In this document: one piece after another, positions 15,013 to 28,734 of the stretch
Layout of the letters: every line of letters begins with the position of its first letter
How positions within the stretch are numbered: the first letter of the stretch is position 1
Sequence record: LC727699.1
Direction: 5' to 3' (one strand)
Length of the DNA: 64,000 nt
Notes under the pieces: model-generated
Database searches by the model: none
What the model was told of the DNA's origin: nothing
What the model saw: only the letters and a program-made list of their open reading frames with translations
Made by a program: the position numbers and the translations under genes

Positions 15013-17463
15013 ATGATGGTAAATATTCACAAATATGTAGCCAGCCTTGAGAACCAAGATGGTACGGCTGTGGAACAGGATGTATCCAAAGTCGAGACAT
15101 CTGTTAAAGATGATCATGAACTAGTTCAAGATTTAAAGAAAGATAATGATGCATCTGCAACTATTGAGAATGAAACTGTTAAAACAGATACTGATATTAT
15201 CTCTGCTGAAGAACATGAAGAAACAGCACATGCTGCTGATAAGTCAGCAGTAATTGTTGAAGAAGTTGTACCAGAAGAAACTGTTGTTGAGGAAAGTATT
15301 CCTGAACCGCTAGCTACCACTAGTGTCGAAGAAGGCGAAGAAGCAGTTAAAGTTGCTGAAGCTGAAATCGCTGAAGAAATCGGTACAATTTCTGAAGGCG
15401 GTAAAGAGGTTTTAGATTCAACCACTGAAATTATTGAAGCTGCACAAGATGCGGCTGATGATACTGAACTAGTGCCTGTTGCAGAAGCACCTGGTGAAAC
15501 AGCAGTGGAATTAACTCCCACTGAAGAAACCCCACTTGGTGACGAAACTCCGCCTCCTGCACCACTGTCTGAAGAACTTCCAGCTGGTGATGAACCCGTG
15601 TCATCCACTATGGATACACTACCGGATGAAGTATTAGATGCTGGTGAAGTTGTAAGCGAAGCAGTTCCTGGTATCGATGATGATGTAACACCGGAAGAAG
15701 CCGGTGCTGAACAGACAACTGCTGATGAAAGTTCCAATGATGAACCTGATGCAGAGATTACTGAAACTGAAGAAGTCGATGTTACTGAACCAGCTGTAGC
15801 TGATGCTGAAACAGAAGTTGTTGAAACCGTGGAAGACACGCCGGATACAACTGATAGTGAAGTAGCTGAAGTAGTAGAGACGGAATCTGAAAGTATCCCT
15901 GCTGAAGCTGAACCGGATGAAATCGTAGCAGTTGATGAAGAAGTAGCTGTAACTGATCCAATTGTAGAAGAAGCTGCCGAAACAGCAGAAGTAGCTGAAG
16001 ACGGCTTAAGCGAATTGGAAGAAGTTCGGGATGAAGCTGAAGAAGAATTAACTAATGATGACAGTGATTCTACTGATGTATTAATTAATGAAGCTGAAAC
16101 TGAAGAAACAGTTGCTGAAACTGAAACAGCATCTACTATTGCTGAACCAACAATTGAAGAAGGTGCAGTTGAAGATGATAGTGAAACAATTGTCGCTGAA
16201 GCTGATGATGATGTCTCTGAAGATGACATCGAAGAGAAACTAGCTGAAGGTGAAATTGATATTCCAGATGTCGATGTAGAAGTAACTGAAGATGATGTTG
16301 AAGAAGCAGATGAAGCTGCTGATGAGGCAGTTGCTGAAGCTGATGATCTTGAAGATGAAGTTGAGGACAGTAAGAAGACCATTGGTCAATTACTTGAAGA
16401 GCAGGCATCAAATGAATCAATGCTTGAGATTCTGCATTATGGACTAGAACATAAGCAGTATAGCCCTCAGTTCATCGTTCATGCTAATAGCTGCTTAGAA
16501 CGTCTACACAATGCCTTTGATGTCTATTCACCTGGTATTCCAGCAATGGAAGATTATGGTTATGGTAATCTAGAAGATTACTATAAGGCGATGGTTACTT
16601 CACTAGAATCATTTAATAGCACTATTGGTAAGTTTGTTCGAAATATTATCGACAATATTGCTGAAGGTGCAAATGCATCCATCCATGTTAAAGCTAACCA
16701 AAAAGAACTCGCCGCAGCTAATACTAAAGCTGACCAACTTCTAGTTAAGCTTAAAGACACTGATAATTTTGAAAGTAAAGAAATCAAAATTAATGGTATT
16801 CTAAAAGGTGATGATAATCTAGTGCGTGGTGTTGCTGGAGAGGTTCGTCGTATTAGCGATATTATTAACAAATGCTTTAAAATCGATGGTGAATACATCG
16901 AACGTTTAGTTGGTCATCTAGCAACTGCTATTGAAGCTGATAGTGAAGAAGCTATTGATAAGGCTCTAGAAGAAGCAACTAAATTAGAAGTACCTGTTAA
17001 GAAATATCCTGAAAGCGCATTCATTAGTGGAAAACTAGAAGGTAGTTTTACCTTCGAGAAGTCTGGCCGTGATGTAACTGGTCGCACTAGTAAAGATATT
17101 GAACGATTAGCTGCTATTGCACTTCCAACTGGTGAATGGGGTGCTACCGGTACTGCTACTGCTAAAGTTAGCCGTAAGGACGTTACTGAACTAATGAAAC
17201 TTTCTAAAGTTCTAATTGGTCTTGGTAATGCCTCTCTAAAAGTTAGCGGTAACCGCGGTGTACGTCGTCTTGACCAAGCTAACCGTGATATCTCTAAAGT
17301 GGCTAGCATGGATAGTAAAGCCGGTAAAAAGAAAGTCCGGCAACTAGCTAGTGCAGTATGGGAAGTTGTTGGCCAATCGGCTGAAAACCACACCGTTCTA
17401 GTTGATTACATTGTAGCTCTTACCAATGCAATTAACACTGCTGTGAATCGTGCCATTAAGTAA
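15013..17463 (+). CDS. Inner-body protein with very long acidic propeptide (gp97-like)
   Basis: 816 aa; ~450 residues rich in E/D/A/T/V, then AME/SLE sites and a basic mature domain resembling the gp93-95 family. Confidence 0.75.
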   Translation: MMVNIHKYVASLENQDGTAVEQDVSKVETSVKDDHELVQDLKKDNDASATIENETVKTDTDIISAEEHEETAHAADKSAVIVEEVVPEETVVEESIPEPLATTSVEEGEEAVKVAEAEIAEEIGTISEGGKEVLDSTTEIIEAAQDAADDTELVPVAEAPGETAVELTPTEETPLGDETPPPAPLSEELPAGDEPVSSTMDTLPDEVLDAGEVVSEAVPGIDDDVTPEEAGAEQTTADESSNDEPDAEITETEEVDVTEPAVADAETEVVETVEDTPDTTDSEVAEVVETESESIPAEAEPDEIVAVDEEVAVTDPIVEEAAETAEVAEDGLSELEEVRDEAEEELTNDDSDSTDVLINEAETEETVAETETASTIAEPTIEEGAVEDDSETIVAEADDDVSEDDIEEKLAEGEIDIPDVDVEVTEDDVEEADEAADEAVAEADDLEDEVEDSKKTIGQLLEEQASNESMLEILHYGLEHKQYSPQFIVHANSCLERLHNAFDVYSPGIPAMEDYGYGNLEDYYKAMVTSLESFNSTIGKFVRNIIDNIAEGANASIHVKANQKELAAANTKADQLLVKLKDTDNFESKEIKINGILKGDDNLVRGVAGEVRRISDIINKCFKIDGEYIERLVGHLATAIEADSEEAIDKALEEATKLEVPVKKYPESAFISGKLEGSFTFEKSGRDVTGRTSKDIERLAAIALPTGEWGATGTATAKVSRKDVTELMKLSKVLIGLGNASLKVSGNRGVRRLDQANRDISKVASMDSKAGKKKVRQLASAVWEVVGQSAENHTVLVDYIVALTNAINTAVNRAIK

Positions 17464-17467
17464 CAAA

Positions 17468-17500
17468 CATAACGGGGAGCCTTCATGGCTCCCTTTTATG
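17468..17500 (+). terminator. Intrinsic terminator, CATAA-hairpin-TTATG type
   Basis: GGGAGCC TTCAT GGCTCCC then TTTTATG. Confidence 0.8.
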
Positions 17501-17528
17501 CTGTTAGACCATGATCTTATGATCTTAA

Positions 17529-20584
<3,056 letters not shown>

Positions 20585-20588
20585 TACC

Positions 20589-22570
<1,982 letters not shown>

Positions 22571-22578
22571 GGTGTATT

Positions 22579-23001
22579 ATGGAACAACTATTTATACGAG
22601 TTGATGTGAGGTGGTCACAACAATTCTTTTCTGAATTAAAACAATACTTTAATTATACCGCAAAAGATGAAGATGATCTTAACTACTTGATCATTCTTTA
22701 TATTAAAGAACGACATAATTTCTTTTGGACATGTGTTCCAGATAGATACAATGATGTAATGTGTAGTTTCTATAAATCAATTTGTGGTTATCCAATAAAT
22801 CCTAATATCATTGCAAATAGATTTGATCAACTCTATCGTGAGATTATGAATAGCTTATTACAAATAAAAGGTATTATCAAAGATATAGTTGCTGTTAAAA
22901 CAAAAGAAGGGGATATCGAGGGATTCATTATACATTCTGAATCACTACCTAGGTCCTATCCAAGACCTACTAATTGGAAAGGTGTATTTGAAAGATCTTA
23001 A
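22579..23001 (+). CDS. Hypothetical protein (start moved to MEQLFIRV)
   Basis: The listed start at 22555 lies inside a terminator hairpin; ATG 22579 follows TAGGTG. Confidence 0.6.
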   Translation: MEQLFIRVDVRWSQQFFSELKQYFNYTAKDEDDLNYLIILYIKERHNFFWTCVPDRYNDVMCSFYKSICGYPINPNIIANRFDQLYREIMNSLLQIKGIIKDIVAVKTKEGDIEGFIIHSESLPRSYPRPTNWKGVFERS

Positions 23002-23013
23002 ACAGTATATTAC
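22998..23013 (+). promoter_or_regulatory. phiKZ early (virion RNAP) promoter motif TTAAACAGTATATTAC
   Basis: Contains the TATATTAC early consensus; 16/16 identical to 24186-24201. Confidence 0.75.
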
Positions 23014-23040
23014 ACATATGAACTAATGTGGAGTATATAC

Positions 23041-23166
23041 ATGGAAAACATCCCTTTAAATAAACCTAAACAACCGGTAGTACCTGAAACATGGATAAAA
23101 CTTCATCATGTGGTCGTGTTATTCATTCTCTCACTAATAGGAACTTTAATCTTCAATGGTATTTAG
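23041..23166 (+). CDS. Small 41 aa membrane protein not in the ORF track (MENIPLNKPKQPVVPETWIKLHHVVVLFILSLIGTLIFNGI)
   Basis: GGAG SD, first gene after an early promoter motif, hydrophobic C-terminus, stop abuts the next SD. Confidence 0.6.
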   Translation: MENIPLNKPKQPVVPETWIKLHHVVVLFILSLIGTLIFNGI

Positions 23167-23174
23167 GAGGACAT

Positions 23175-23567
23175 ATGTCATTTATAATTGCTATATGTCT
23201 AGCAGTAATGGTAATAGGTATTTTTACTATTGGATCTAAAGTTAAAGCTTTATGGAATCTTATAAATGGTAAAACTTTAAATGAGCATAGGAAATGGCGC
23301 GCAGACTTTAATGAAGTAATTCAATGGCTTCATGAAGGTGCCTTCTTTACTAAATCAGGTTTATTTAAAGATCAAGCTATCTCGATTAGATTGTGTGAGC
23401 TATCGCGCAGTAAGAAATTATTCCCAATGCTACGGCGTTCTAAGTTCGAAGTTATAACTGCTAAGGTATTTAGGGAAATAACTGGTGAGCCTTCAGAGTA
23501 TAATTATTACTTGAAATTTAATAAGGCTTATATTGGCTTCTACAACGCTAATCCAGAAATCCAATAA
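23175..23567 (+). CDS. Membrane-anchored hypothetical protein (start moved to MSFIIAICL)
   Basis: AGGAGG SD before ATG 23175; N-terminal hydrophobic helix. Confidence 0.7.
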   Translation: MSFIIAICLAVMVIGIFTIGSKVKALWNLINGKTLNEHRKWRADFNEVIQWLHEGAFFTKSGLFKDQAISIRLCELSRSKKLFPMLRRSKFEVITAKVFREITGEPSEYNYYLKFNKAYIGFYNANPEIQ

Positions 23568-23647
23568 GCCTGGAAATGCACCCAATCTAATGAGAAGGTC
23601 TATGTTTTGATCTTCTCATTAGTACTCTTGTAGAAGGAGCCATTATC

Positions 23648-24136
23648 ATGGCTGAATTTATTATAGGTAAAGATATATTCAATGTACCTGGTGATCTTTA
23701 TCTAATCACTGTTAATGTTGTTGGCGTCATGGGCGCTGGTTTAGCTAAATCGTTTAAAGAAAAGTATCCTGAACTTTTTGAAAGATACAAACACGATTGC
23801 AAAAAGAGAATTATTACTATTGGTAATCCGGTTATTTACAAAGCATCCGATGGCAAACGTTTTATGATGTTTCCCACTAAGGATAATTGGCGGAACCCAT
23901 CTCAAATTAGTTTCATTGAACGTGGACTAGAGTGGATGATGGAGAACGTATCGGATTCTGCGGAAAATGAAGAAGACTGTATTCATCCAGATTGGAAAAT
24001 TATCATACCACCTTTAGGATGTGCTAATGGCGGACTAGATTTTTCTGATGTTAGAACTATCATTGAAGACTGGTCTAATCACATGCCTAACCAAATTGTG
24101 GTTGTTTATCCGCCGTGGATGGATTCATCGGTTTAA
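23648..24136 (+). CDS. Macrodomain (Appr-1-p processing; DarG/TARG1-like ADP-ribosyl hydrolase) (gp104-like)
   Basis: Motifs TVNVVGVMGAGLAKSFKEKYP, FPTKDNWRNPS, IPPLGCANGGLDF are typical of DarG-type macrodomains. Confidence 0.85.
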   Translation: MAEFIIGKDIFNVPGDLYLITVNVVGVMGAGLAKSFKEKYPELFERYKHDCKKRIITIGNPVIYKASDGKRFMMFPTKDNWRNPSQISFIERGLEWMMENVSDSAENEEDCIHPDWKIIIPPLGCANGGLDFSDVRTIIEDWSNHMPNQIVVVYPPWMDSSV

Positions 24137-24167
24137 CATTAGCCTTCCCATTAGGGAAGGCTTTATG
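24137..24167 (+). terminator. Intrinsic terminator, CAT-hairpin-TTATG type
   Basis: AGCCTTCCC ATTA GGGAAGGCT TTATG. Confidence 0.8.
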
Positions 24168-24185
24168 CCGTGTATTCAAAGCATT

Positions 24186-24201
24186 TTAAACAGTATATTA
24201 C
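24186..24201 (+). promoter_or_regulatory. phiKZ early promoter motif TTAAACAGTATATTAC
   Basis: TATATTAC consensus right after a terminator, ahead of the small-gene cluster. Confidence 0.75.
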
Positions 24202-24259
24202 ATTTGTGATATTACTGTAAACCATATCATACAACTTAATGTAAATAGGGGCTTTTATA

Positions 24260-24598
24260 ATGAAATTCAATACGATTGCAAAAGGTGTATCTTTTCTTCT
24301 GGCCACTGCATCACTGGCTGGAACTGGGTATGTTATCTACAAGAAGGCTAAGGAAACTAAAGCTAACTTTGACAAACTCATGGGTTTCAGGGATCAGTTT
24401 AAAAGTATTTCAAAAGAGTATGGCGAATCAGATGAGTTCATGATGTTCGTCAATACTGCAATGACCGAGACAACGGACAGTGCTGTTGCTGAGAGCAATA
24501 TTGAAAAACATCGACTGGATGTAATTCGTAATAAACTGTCGATCATTTATGGTGATGGCTATACGAATCAAGTATTCGATACAGTTCGTAAGATGTAA
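24260..24598 (+). CDS. Early small protein with N-terminal membrane anchor
   Basis: 112 aa; VSFLLATASLAGTGYVIY followed by KK; downstream of a TATATTAC motif. Confidence 0.7.
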   Translation: MKFNTIAKGVSFLLATASLAGTGYVIYKKAKETKANFDKLMGFRDQFKSISKEYGESDEFMMFVNTAMTETTDSAVAESNIEKHRLDVIRNKLSIIYGDGYTNQVFDTVRKM

Positions 24599-24707
24599 AA
24601 ATGGATAGGGCCTCACTGAGGCCCCATTCAAATATGATTACGATAATAAAATTATATTTGAATGAGTTTGTTAAACCTTTAATTAATGTAAAAAAGGAAA
24701 ATACAAA

Positions 24708-24869
24708 ATGAATATTGATAAAGTTAAACTTCAAAAACTTATCGCGGATGTACCTGAGGCACCTAAACCTAAGAAGATCGGAAATGTCATCACCAAATAT
24801 GTGGAGATAGCGTTAGGAGTATATGTTGGTATTGTAATAGCTAAACGTGTTCTAAATATCAAGTTTTAA
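24708..24869 (+). CDS. Small 53 aa membrane protein not in the ORF track (MNIDKVKLQKLIADVPEAPKPKKIGNVITKYVEIALGVYVGIVIAKRVLNIKF)
   Basis: AAGGA SD, hand-translated open frame, C-terminal hydrophobic segment. Confidence 0.65.
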   Translation: MNIDKVKLQKLIADVPEAPKPKKIGNVITKYVEIALGVYVGIVIAKRVLNIKF

Positions 24870-24914
24870 CATAATCAAAATAAATCTACATTCATTAACT
24901 AATAGGGTATTATC

Positions 24915-25232
24915 ATGCTTTCCATTATCGGTAATGTTGTAAAAACTGGTCTCATGCTGGCCGGCACCATCTACGTGTTCGAAGTCGGTGTGACTGTTTA
25001 TAATGAGATTAAATTAGAAAAGAATATCCGTGAAAAAGTAAAGGGCTATTCTGATTATATTAAATCTAATTCAGGTGATTGCACCGTGGAATTAATGACG
25101 GACTTTATTGAAGTAGAGCTCATGTACATCATTAATGATGGATTGGATATGTTTAACACCATCAGTGATAAACATCGAATTAAATCAAAAATCCGTAACT
25201 GGATTAAGGATGCAATTAACAATGAACTCTAA
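24915..25232 (+). CDS. Early small protein with hydrophobic N-terminus
   Basis: 105 aa ORF. Confidence 0.65.
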   Translation: MLSIIGNVVKTGLMLAGTIYVFEVGVTVYNEIKLEKNIREKVKGYSDYIKSNSGDCTVELMTDFIEVELMYIINDGLDMFNTISDKHRIKSKIRNWIKDAINNEL

Positions 25233-25662
25233 GCTATCTCTTACATTAGGGATGGTAAGTGGAGCCGTACTCGGTAAGCTTGCTTGGGATTCTAGAGAAA
25301 AACTTTATGAATTCTATTATGGACGAATTATTATACATAGATTAAAAGCCTATCAGAAAACGATCGATGTAGATAAGCTACCTTTTCACCCTGCAACTGC
25401 AATGATTCATTATCTTAAAGCTAGTATTAATGCTTCCAAGGAGACACTTGTGTCACTGGATCTTCTTGAGAGTATTAATGAAGTAGGGCTTAAATATATT
25501 GAGTCAGTGCGATGCCGTTATGATACTGCATGGCATATGAGTCTGCACAGGCGGCTTGTTAAACGGCAGAAAGAGATTGAAGAAGAGAATCGTCGTATCG
25601 AAGAAGAAGAACGACGTAATCGGAAACAACTTGATCTGTTCGATGATGTGTCAGATGTGTAA
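25222..25662 (+). CDS. Early small protein with hydrophobic N-terminus and charged coiled tail (start moved to MNSKLSLTLG)
   Basis: AAGGA SD before ATG 25222, overlaps the previous stop. Confidence 0.65.
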   Translation: MNSKLSLTLGMVSGAVLGKLAWDSREKLYEFYYGRIIIHRLKAYQKTIDVDKLPFHPATAMIHYLKASINASKETLVSLDLLESINEVGLKYIESVRCRYDTAWHMSLHRRLVKRQKEIEEENRRIEEEERRNRKQLDLFDDVSDV

Positions 25663-25670
25663 CTGATAAT

Positions 25671-25697
25671 GGGAGTCTTCGGACTCCCTTTTATTTT
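25671..25697 (+). terminator. Intrinsic terminator
   Basis: GGGAGTC TTCG GACTCCC TTTTATTTT. Confidence 0.8.
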
Positions 25698-25749
25698 CTG
25701 CATCGTAATATTTTTTAATCACTTCAATAAACGTAAATAGGTATACAAA

Positions 25750-26106
25750 ATGAATATTGATAAAGTATCACTCTGTCTTGGTATTTTTGTTGGTTCAGTT
25801 ACCATGTGCGCAGTTGGTAAAATCTATCACAAAACTGTTATTGATGTGAAAATCAATAAGTTGCGTAATGCTGCTTCAGTGTCTAATGAAATTCTTACAA
25901 TGCTTTCTAAGCGTGCCTCAGTCATTCGTGCTGAGGTCATGCCGGCCGCAGAAGACTTTATCGATTGTGAAGGTAAAGTACACAACAAACTCACTGAAGA
26001 GTTACAGGACATCGTTGCTGGTTTTAAAGTAGCGCCTGAACACGGGGCTAGTGTTAATACACGTATTAATGATTGGTTCCTACAAACGTTCCCAACTGTT
26101 TACTAA
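25750..26106 (+). CDS. Early small protein with N-terminal membrane anchor
   Basis: 118 aa; VSLCLGIFVGSVTMCAVG segment. Confidence 0.7.
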   Translation: MNIDKVSLCLGIFVGSVTMCAVGKIYHKTVIDVKINKLRNAASVSNEILTMLSKRASVIRAEVMPAAEDFIDCEGKVHNKLTEELQDIVAGFKVAPEHGASVNTRINDWFLQTFPTVY

Positions 26107-26116
26107 TAGGTGATAT

Positions 26117-26539
26117 ATGTCAAAAGTAGTATTTCCTAATGGTCTACTAATAGCGCTCATGCAAAACTTCGATCACACTCTCGAATGTTTTGATCATGAT
26201 GTTAGTGTTTTTAAAAAGGCACTCAGTGACCTAGATAATAAAATTAAAGGTGGTATTAAGTCACTTGATAATGATTACCCTAATGCTAAAATTGCATTAG
26301 AACGCATTCTTGAAGAACTTTTTAAAAGAGGATTACATATCCCTGGGCCTTCTGGAAAAGCATTTGTCATTGAAAAAGTTCACATTGTAGATAGCACAGG
26401 TGTGGCTAAGGCATACCGTGTCAGTTACAATGATGAAAAAGCTATGCCTGAATATGTATCAGCCGATAATGTATGGGGTGCACTAATTTCATATCAAAAA
26501 CGTAGTCGTAGTGCAAATCCATTCAAACCAACTGCGTGA
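26117..26539 (+). CDS. Hypothetical protein
   Basis: 140 aa ORF, TAGGTG SD. Confidence 0.65.
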   Translation: MSKVVFPNGLLIALMQNFDHTLECFDHDVSVFKKALSDLDNKIKGGIKSLDNDYPNAKIALERILEELFKRGLHIPGPSGKAFVIEKVHIVDSTGVAKAYRVSYNDEKAMPEYVSADNVWGALISYQKRSRSANPFKPTA

Positions 26540-26610
26540 AAAGGATCTGATGGTTAAAGCCATAATCCATTATCGTATTACATAATACCTGCAAAAGAAG
26601 GAATAAGTCA

Positions 26611-26862
26611 ATGAGCGAATCTAAAGAAGTTATCAACATGGTGGAATGTTTTATCAGTGAATCTTACATGGAGCCAGGTGTTGACCACAATCGTCGGATT
26701 TTGATGCGTGAATACGGGATCAACCCTAACAGCGGTATACCACTTCGGGGGAACTGGGTTCTGCGTAACATGCTCACTGGGGAATTTATCGACAATGATA
26801 AATACCTCAACGATATTGTTGAACGTAATTCCATCCAATTCGAACGCAATACCTTCGTCTAG
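26611..26862 (+). CDS. Hypothetical protein, REYGINP family copy 1
   Basis: 83 aa, AAGGA SD, paralog at 27856. Confidence 0.7.
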   Translation: MSESKEVINMVECFISESYMEPGVDHNRRILMREYGINPNSGIPLRGNWVLRNMLTGEFIDNDKYLNDIVERNSIQFERNTFV

Positions 26863-26897
26863 CTATAATTAATCCAAATCTGAAAATAGGTCAAACC

Positions 26898-27281
26898 ATG
26901 AACGAACACATTCAAAAGAAAATCAACCAGGGTACTGGCAGACTGGCTATGTGCAACTTCGACAAAATGAACTATGTTCAGGGTCGTGAGTACTATGCCA
27001 TCTCAGATAGTGGTTTACTTGAACAAATCGTTGCTCTATGCGCAGTTCAGTGGCCTCAGGAAATGGCCAACTACCTGCATGATGAAAGCGCTCTGTTCTG
27101 GGCTCTTTTCGACCGTGGTATCGTAGCTGATGGTAAACCTCGCGCCGACCGTAAAGACTTCATCTACGAACGCCTTGGTTTCATCCACAAGAAGAAGTTC
27201 AAAAAATACGGCTTGTCTATTCTACAGCGTGCGCGCACCCGCTCGATGGCTAGTTTTGAGAAAGCTCAAGAGACTTGCTGA
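26898..27281 (+). CDS. Hypothetical basic protein
   Basis: 127 aa, C-rich third codon positions suggest high expression. Confidence 0.7.
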   Translation: MNEHIQKKINQGTGRLAMCNFDKMNYVQGREYYAISDSGLLEQIVALCAVQWPQEMANYLHDESALFWALFDRGIVADGKPRADRKDFIYERLGFIHKKKFKKYGLSILQRARTRSMASFEKAQETC

Positions 27282-27316
27282 GCTATGCTGCAACACCAAT
27301 ACGAGGATCGTTAATT

Positions 27317-27814
27317 ATGAACCGCATGATTCCTGCAAATGAGCGTGACAGTGAACTCAGTCTCTATGGCTATTTGACCTCTGTTGTAACTGGTGGGGTT
27401 GCTTGGGATTATAACCCTATCGTTCTGCTGGAGAAGATGTGTAATCGTGATGATGAGGCCATCTGCATGGGTGAACCCAATTACGATCAATTACGTTTGA
27501 TCGGTGCAAGGGGTATGTTCGAACAGATCTCTGAAAACATCCTGTCTCGCAATGAACAAATCATGGATGGTGTTCGTGATTTCTTCAAAGATGGTCTCCA
27601 GTTGAAAACCAATGTAGATGACATGTTGGTGAGACTGAATTATCAAACTGTGCATAACGGGACTGATATGGATGAGGTGATCATGGTAAACTTGTTCAAA
27701 AAAATTGATGGTGATTATGTGGTTGCTCATAAGTGCACATATGACCCTCAAGATTGGAAACATGCGTTATATTACTTCACCAATGCCTCCATGATCAGTC
27801 AAAAACAAAAATAA
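27317..27814 (+). CDS. Hypothetical protein (start moved to MNRMIPAN)
   Basis: GAGGA SD before ATG 27317. Confidence 0.65.
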   Translation: MNRMIPANERDSELSLYGYLTSVVTGGVAWDYNPIVLLEKMCNRDDEAICMGEPNYDQLRLIGARGMFEQISENILSRNEQIMDGVRDFFKDGLQLKTNVDDMLVRLNYQTVHNGTDMDEVIMVNLFKKIDGDYVVAHKCTYDPQDWKHALYYFTNASMISQKQK

Positions 27815-27855
27815 ATATCATGCATATCCCTTCAGGTAATTTTAGAGAGGTTATT

Positions 27856-28131
27856 ATGAGCAATAAAGATGTATCAATGATCCCAGTTTATGAAAATCAC
27901 TTTGTCACTACTGGTGCTACTCCACGACATGAAGCAATTGTGGTATGTCGTGAATATGGTATTAATCCATTAGATGATGCACCATTTCGGGGTTCATGGG
28001 TGATGCGCTACCGAGAGACTGGCAAATTCATTGATTGTTCCAGGGATATTGATGATTTAGCTAAGAAATATAATCTGACCATTCATAAACCAACCATTGA
28101 ATTATACACCAGCACGTATATTGGTCAATAG
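27856..28131 (+). CDS. Hypothetical protein, REYGINP family copy 2 (start moved to MSNKDV)
   Basis: GAGAGG SD; paralog of 26611. Confidence 0.7.
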   Translation: MSNKDVSMIPVYENHFVTTGATPRHEAIVVCREYGINPLDDAPFRGSWVMRYRETGKFIDCSRDIDDLAKKYNLTIHKPTIELYTSTYIGQ

Positions 28132-28165
28132 AAAAAAAAACCACCCTATATAAGGGTGGTTTATA
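28132..28165. terminator. Intrinsic terminator, possibly bidirectional
   Basis: A-tract, AACCACCCT ATATA AGGGTGGTT. Confidence 0.7.
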
Positions 28166-28178
28166 AAAGAGGTGAAAT

Positions 28179-28442
28179 ATGCATAAACTTAATCCTGGTT
28201 GTTATCCATTAACTATAAATCCTAATGGTAAGTTTCTGAATAAAGACGATTTACGGAATCTTCCCAATGGGATTTATGTAACTTCTCCGTTACATGGTCC
28301 TAGGGTATATAGCCATGATCGACGCGTTATGGTTGATGGTGATTATTGTTATCTAATCACTGCACCGAACATAAAATTCAAGGTAAGTGATTTCTTTAAA
28401 TATAATGTAGTTTATTATCCGAGCATTTACCTCAAGAGGTAA
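28179..28442 (+). CDS. Hypothetical protein, LPxGxY-HGP-DR family copy 1
   Basis: 87 aa, GAGGTG SD; paralog at 28798. Confidence 0.65.
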   Translation: MHKLNPGCYPLTINPNGKFLNKDDLRNLPNGIYVTSPLHGPRVYSHDRRVMVDGDYCYLITAPNIKFKVSDFFKYNVVYYPSIYLKR

Positions 28443-28449
28443 TAAATAA

Positions 28450-28734
28450 ATGGCAAACGAATGCACTCCCGGTGTCTGGGATACACTAGTTGACTCGACA
28501 AAAGAAACTGAAAACCTACGTATCCGTTCCCAACTCATGCGGGCTCTCACCCGTACTATAAAGGGCTGGGATCTTCCGCAAAAAGACGCTGCTGCTCGCC
28601 TACATGTTACGCAACCGAGATTGAATGATCTTCTCAAAGGCAAGATTGACAAGTTCTCTCTGGACGCCCTGGTAAACCTACTGGACGCGGCTGATCTGAC
28701 TCTTGAGATATCAGTGATCCCACGTGCAGTATAA
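28450..28734 (+). CDS. XRE-family helix-turn-helix regulator, HigA/HTH_37-like antitoxin
   Basis: QKDAAARLHVTQPRLNDLLKGKIDKFSLDALVNL matches the XRE HTH_37 pattern; ~49% G+C by hand count. Confidence 0.85.
   Translation: MANECTPGVWDTLVDSTKETENLRIRSQLMRALTRTIKGWDLPQKDAAARLHVTQPRLNDLLKGKIDKFSLDALVNLLDAADLTLEISVIPRAV

Noticed and set aside
15126-16382. 418 aa Ser-rich antisense ORF, plus antisense ORFs at 16136, 16581 and 16914
   Set aside because: Shadow of the acidic GAA/GAT/GCT-rich sense gene; no SD and a composition that is just the reverse complement of biased codons.
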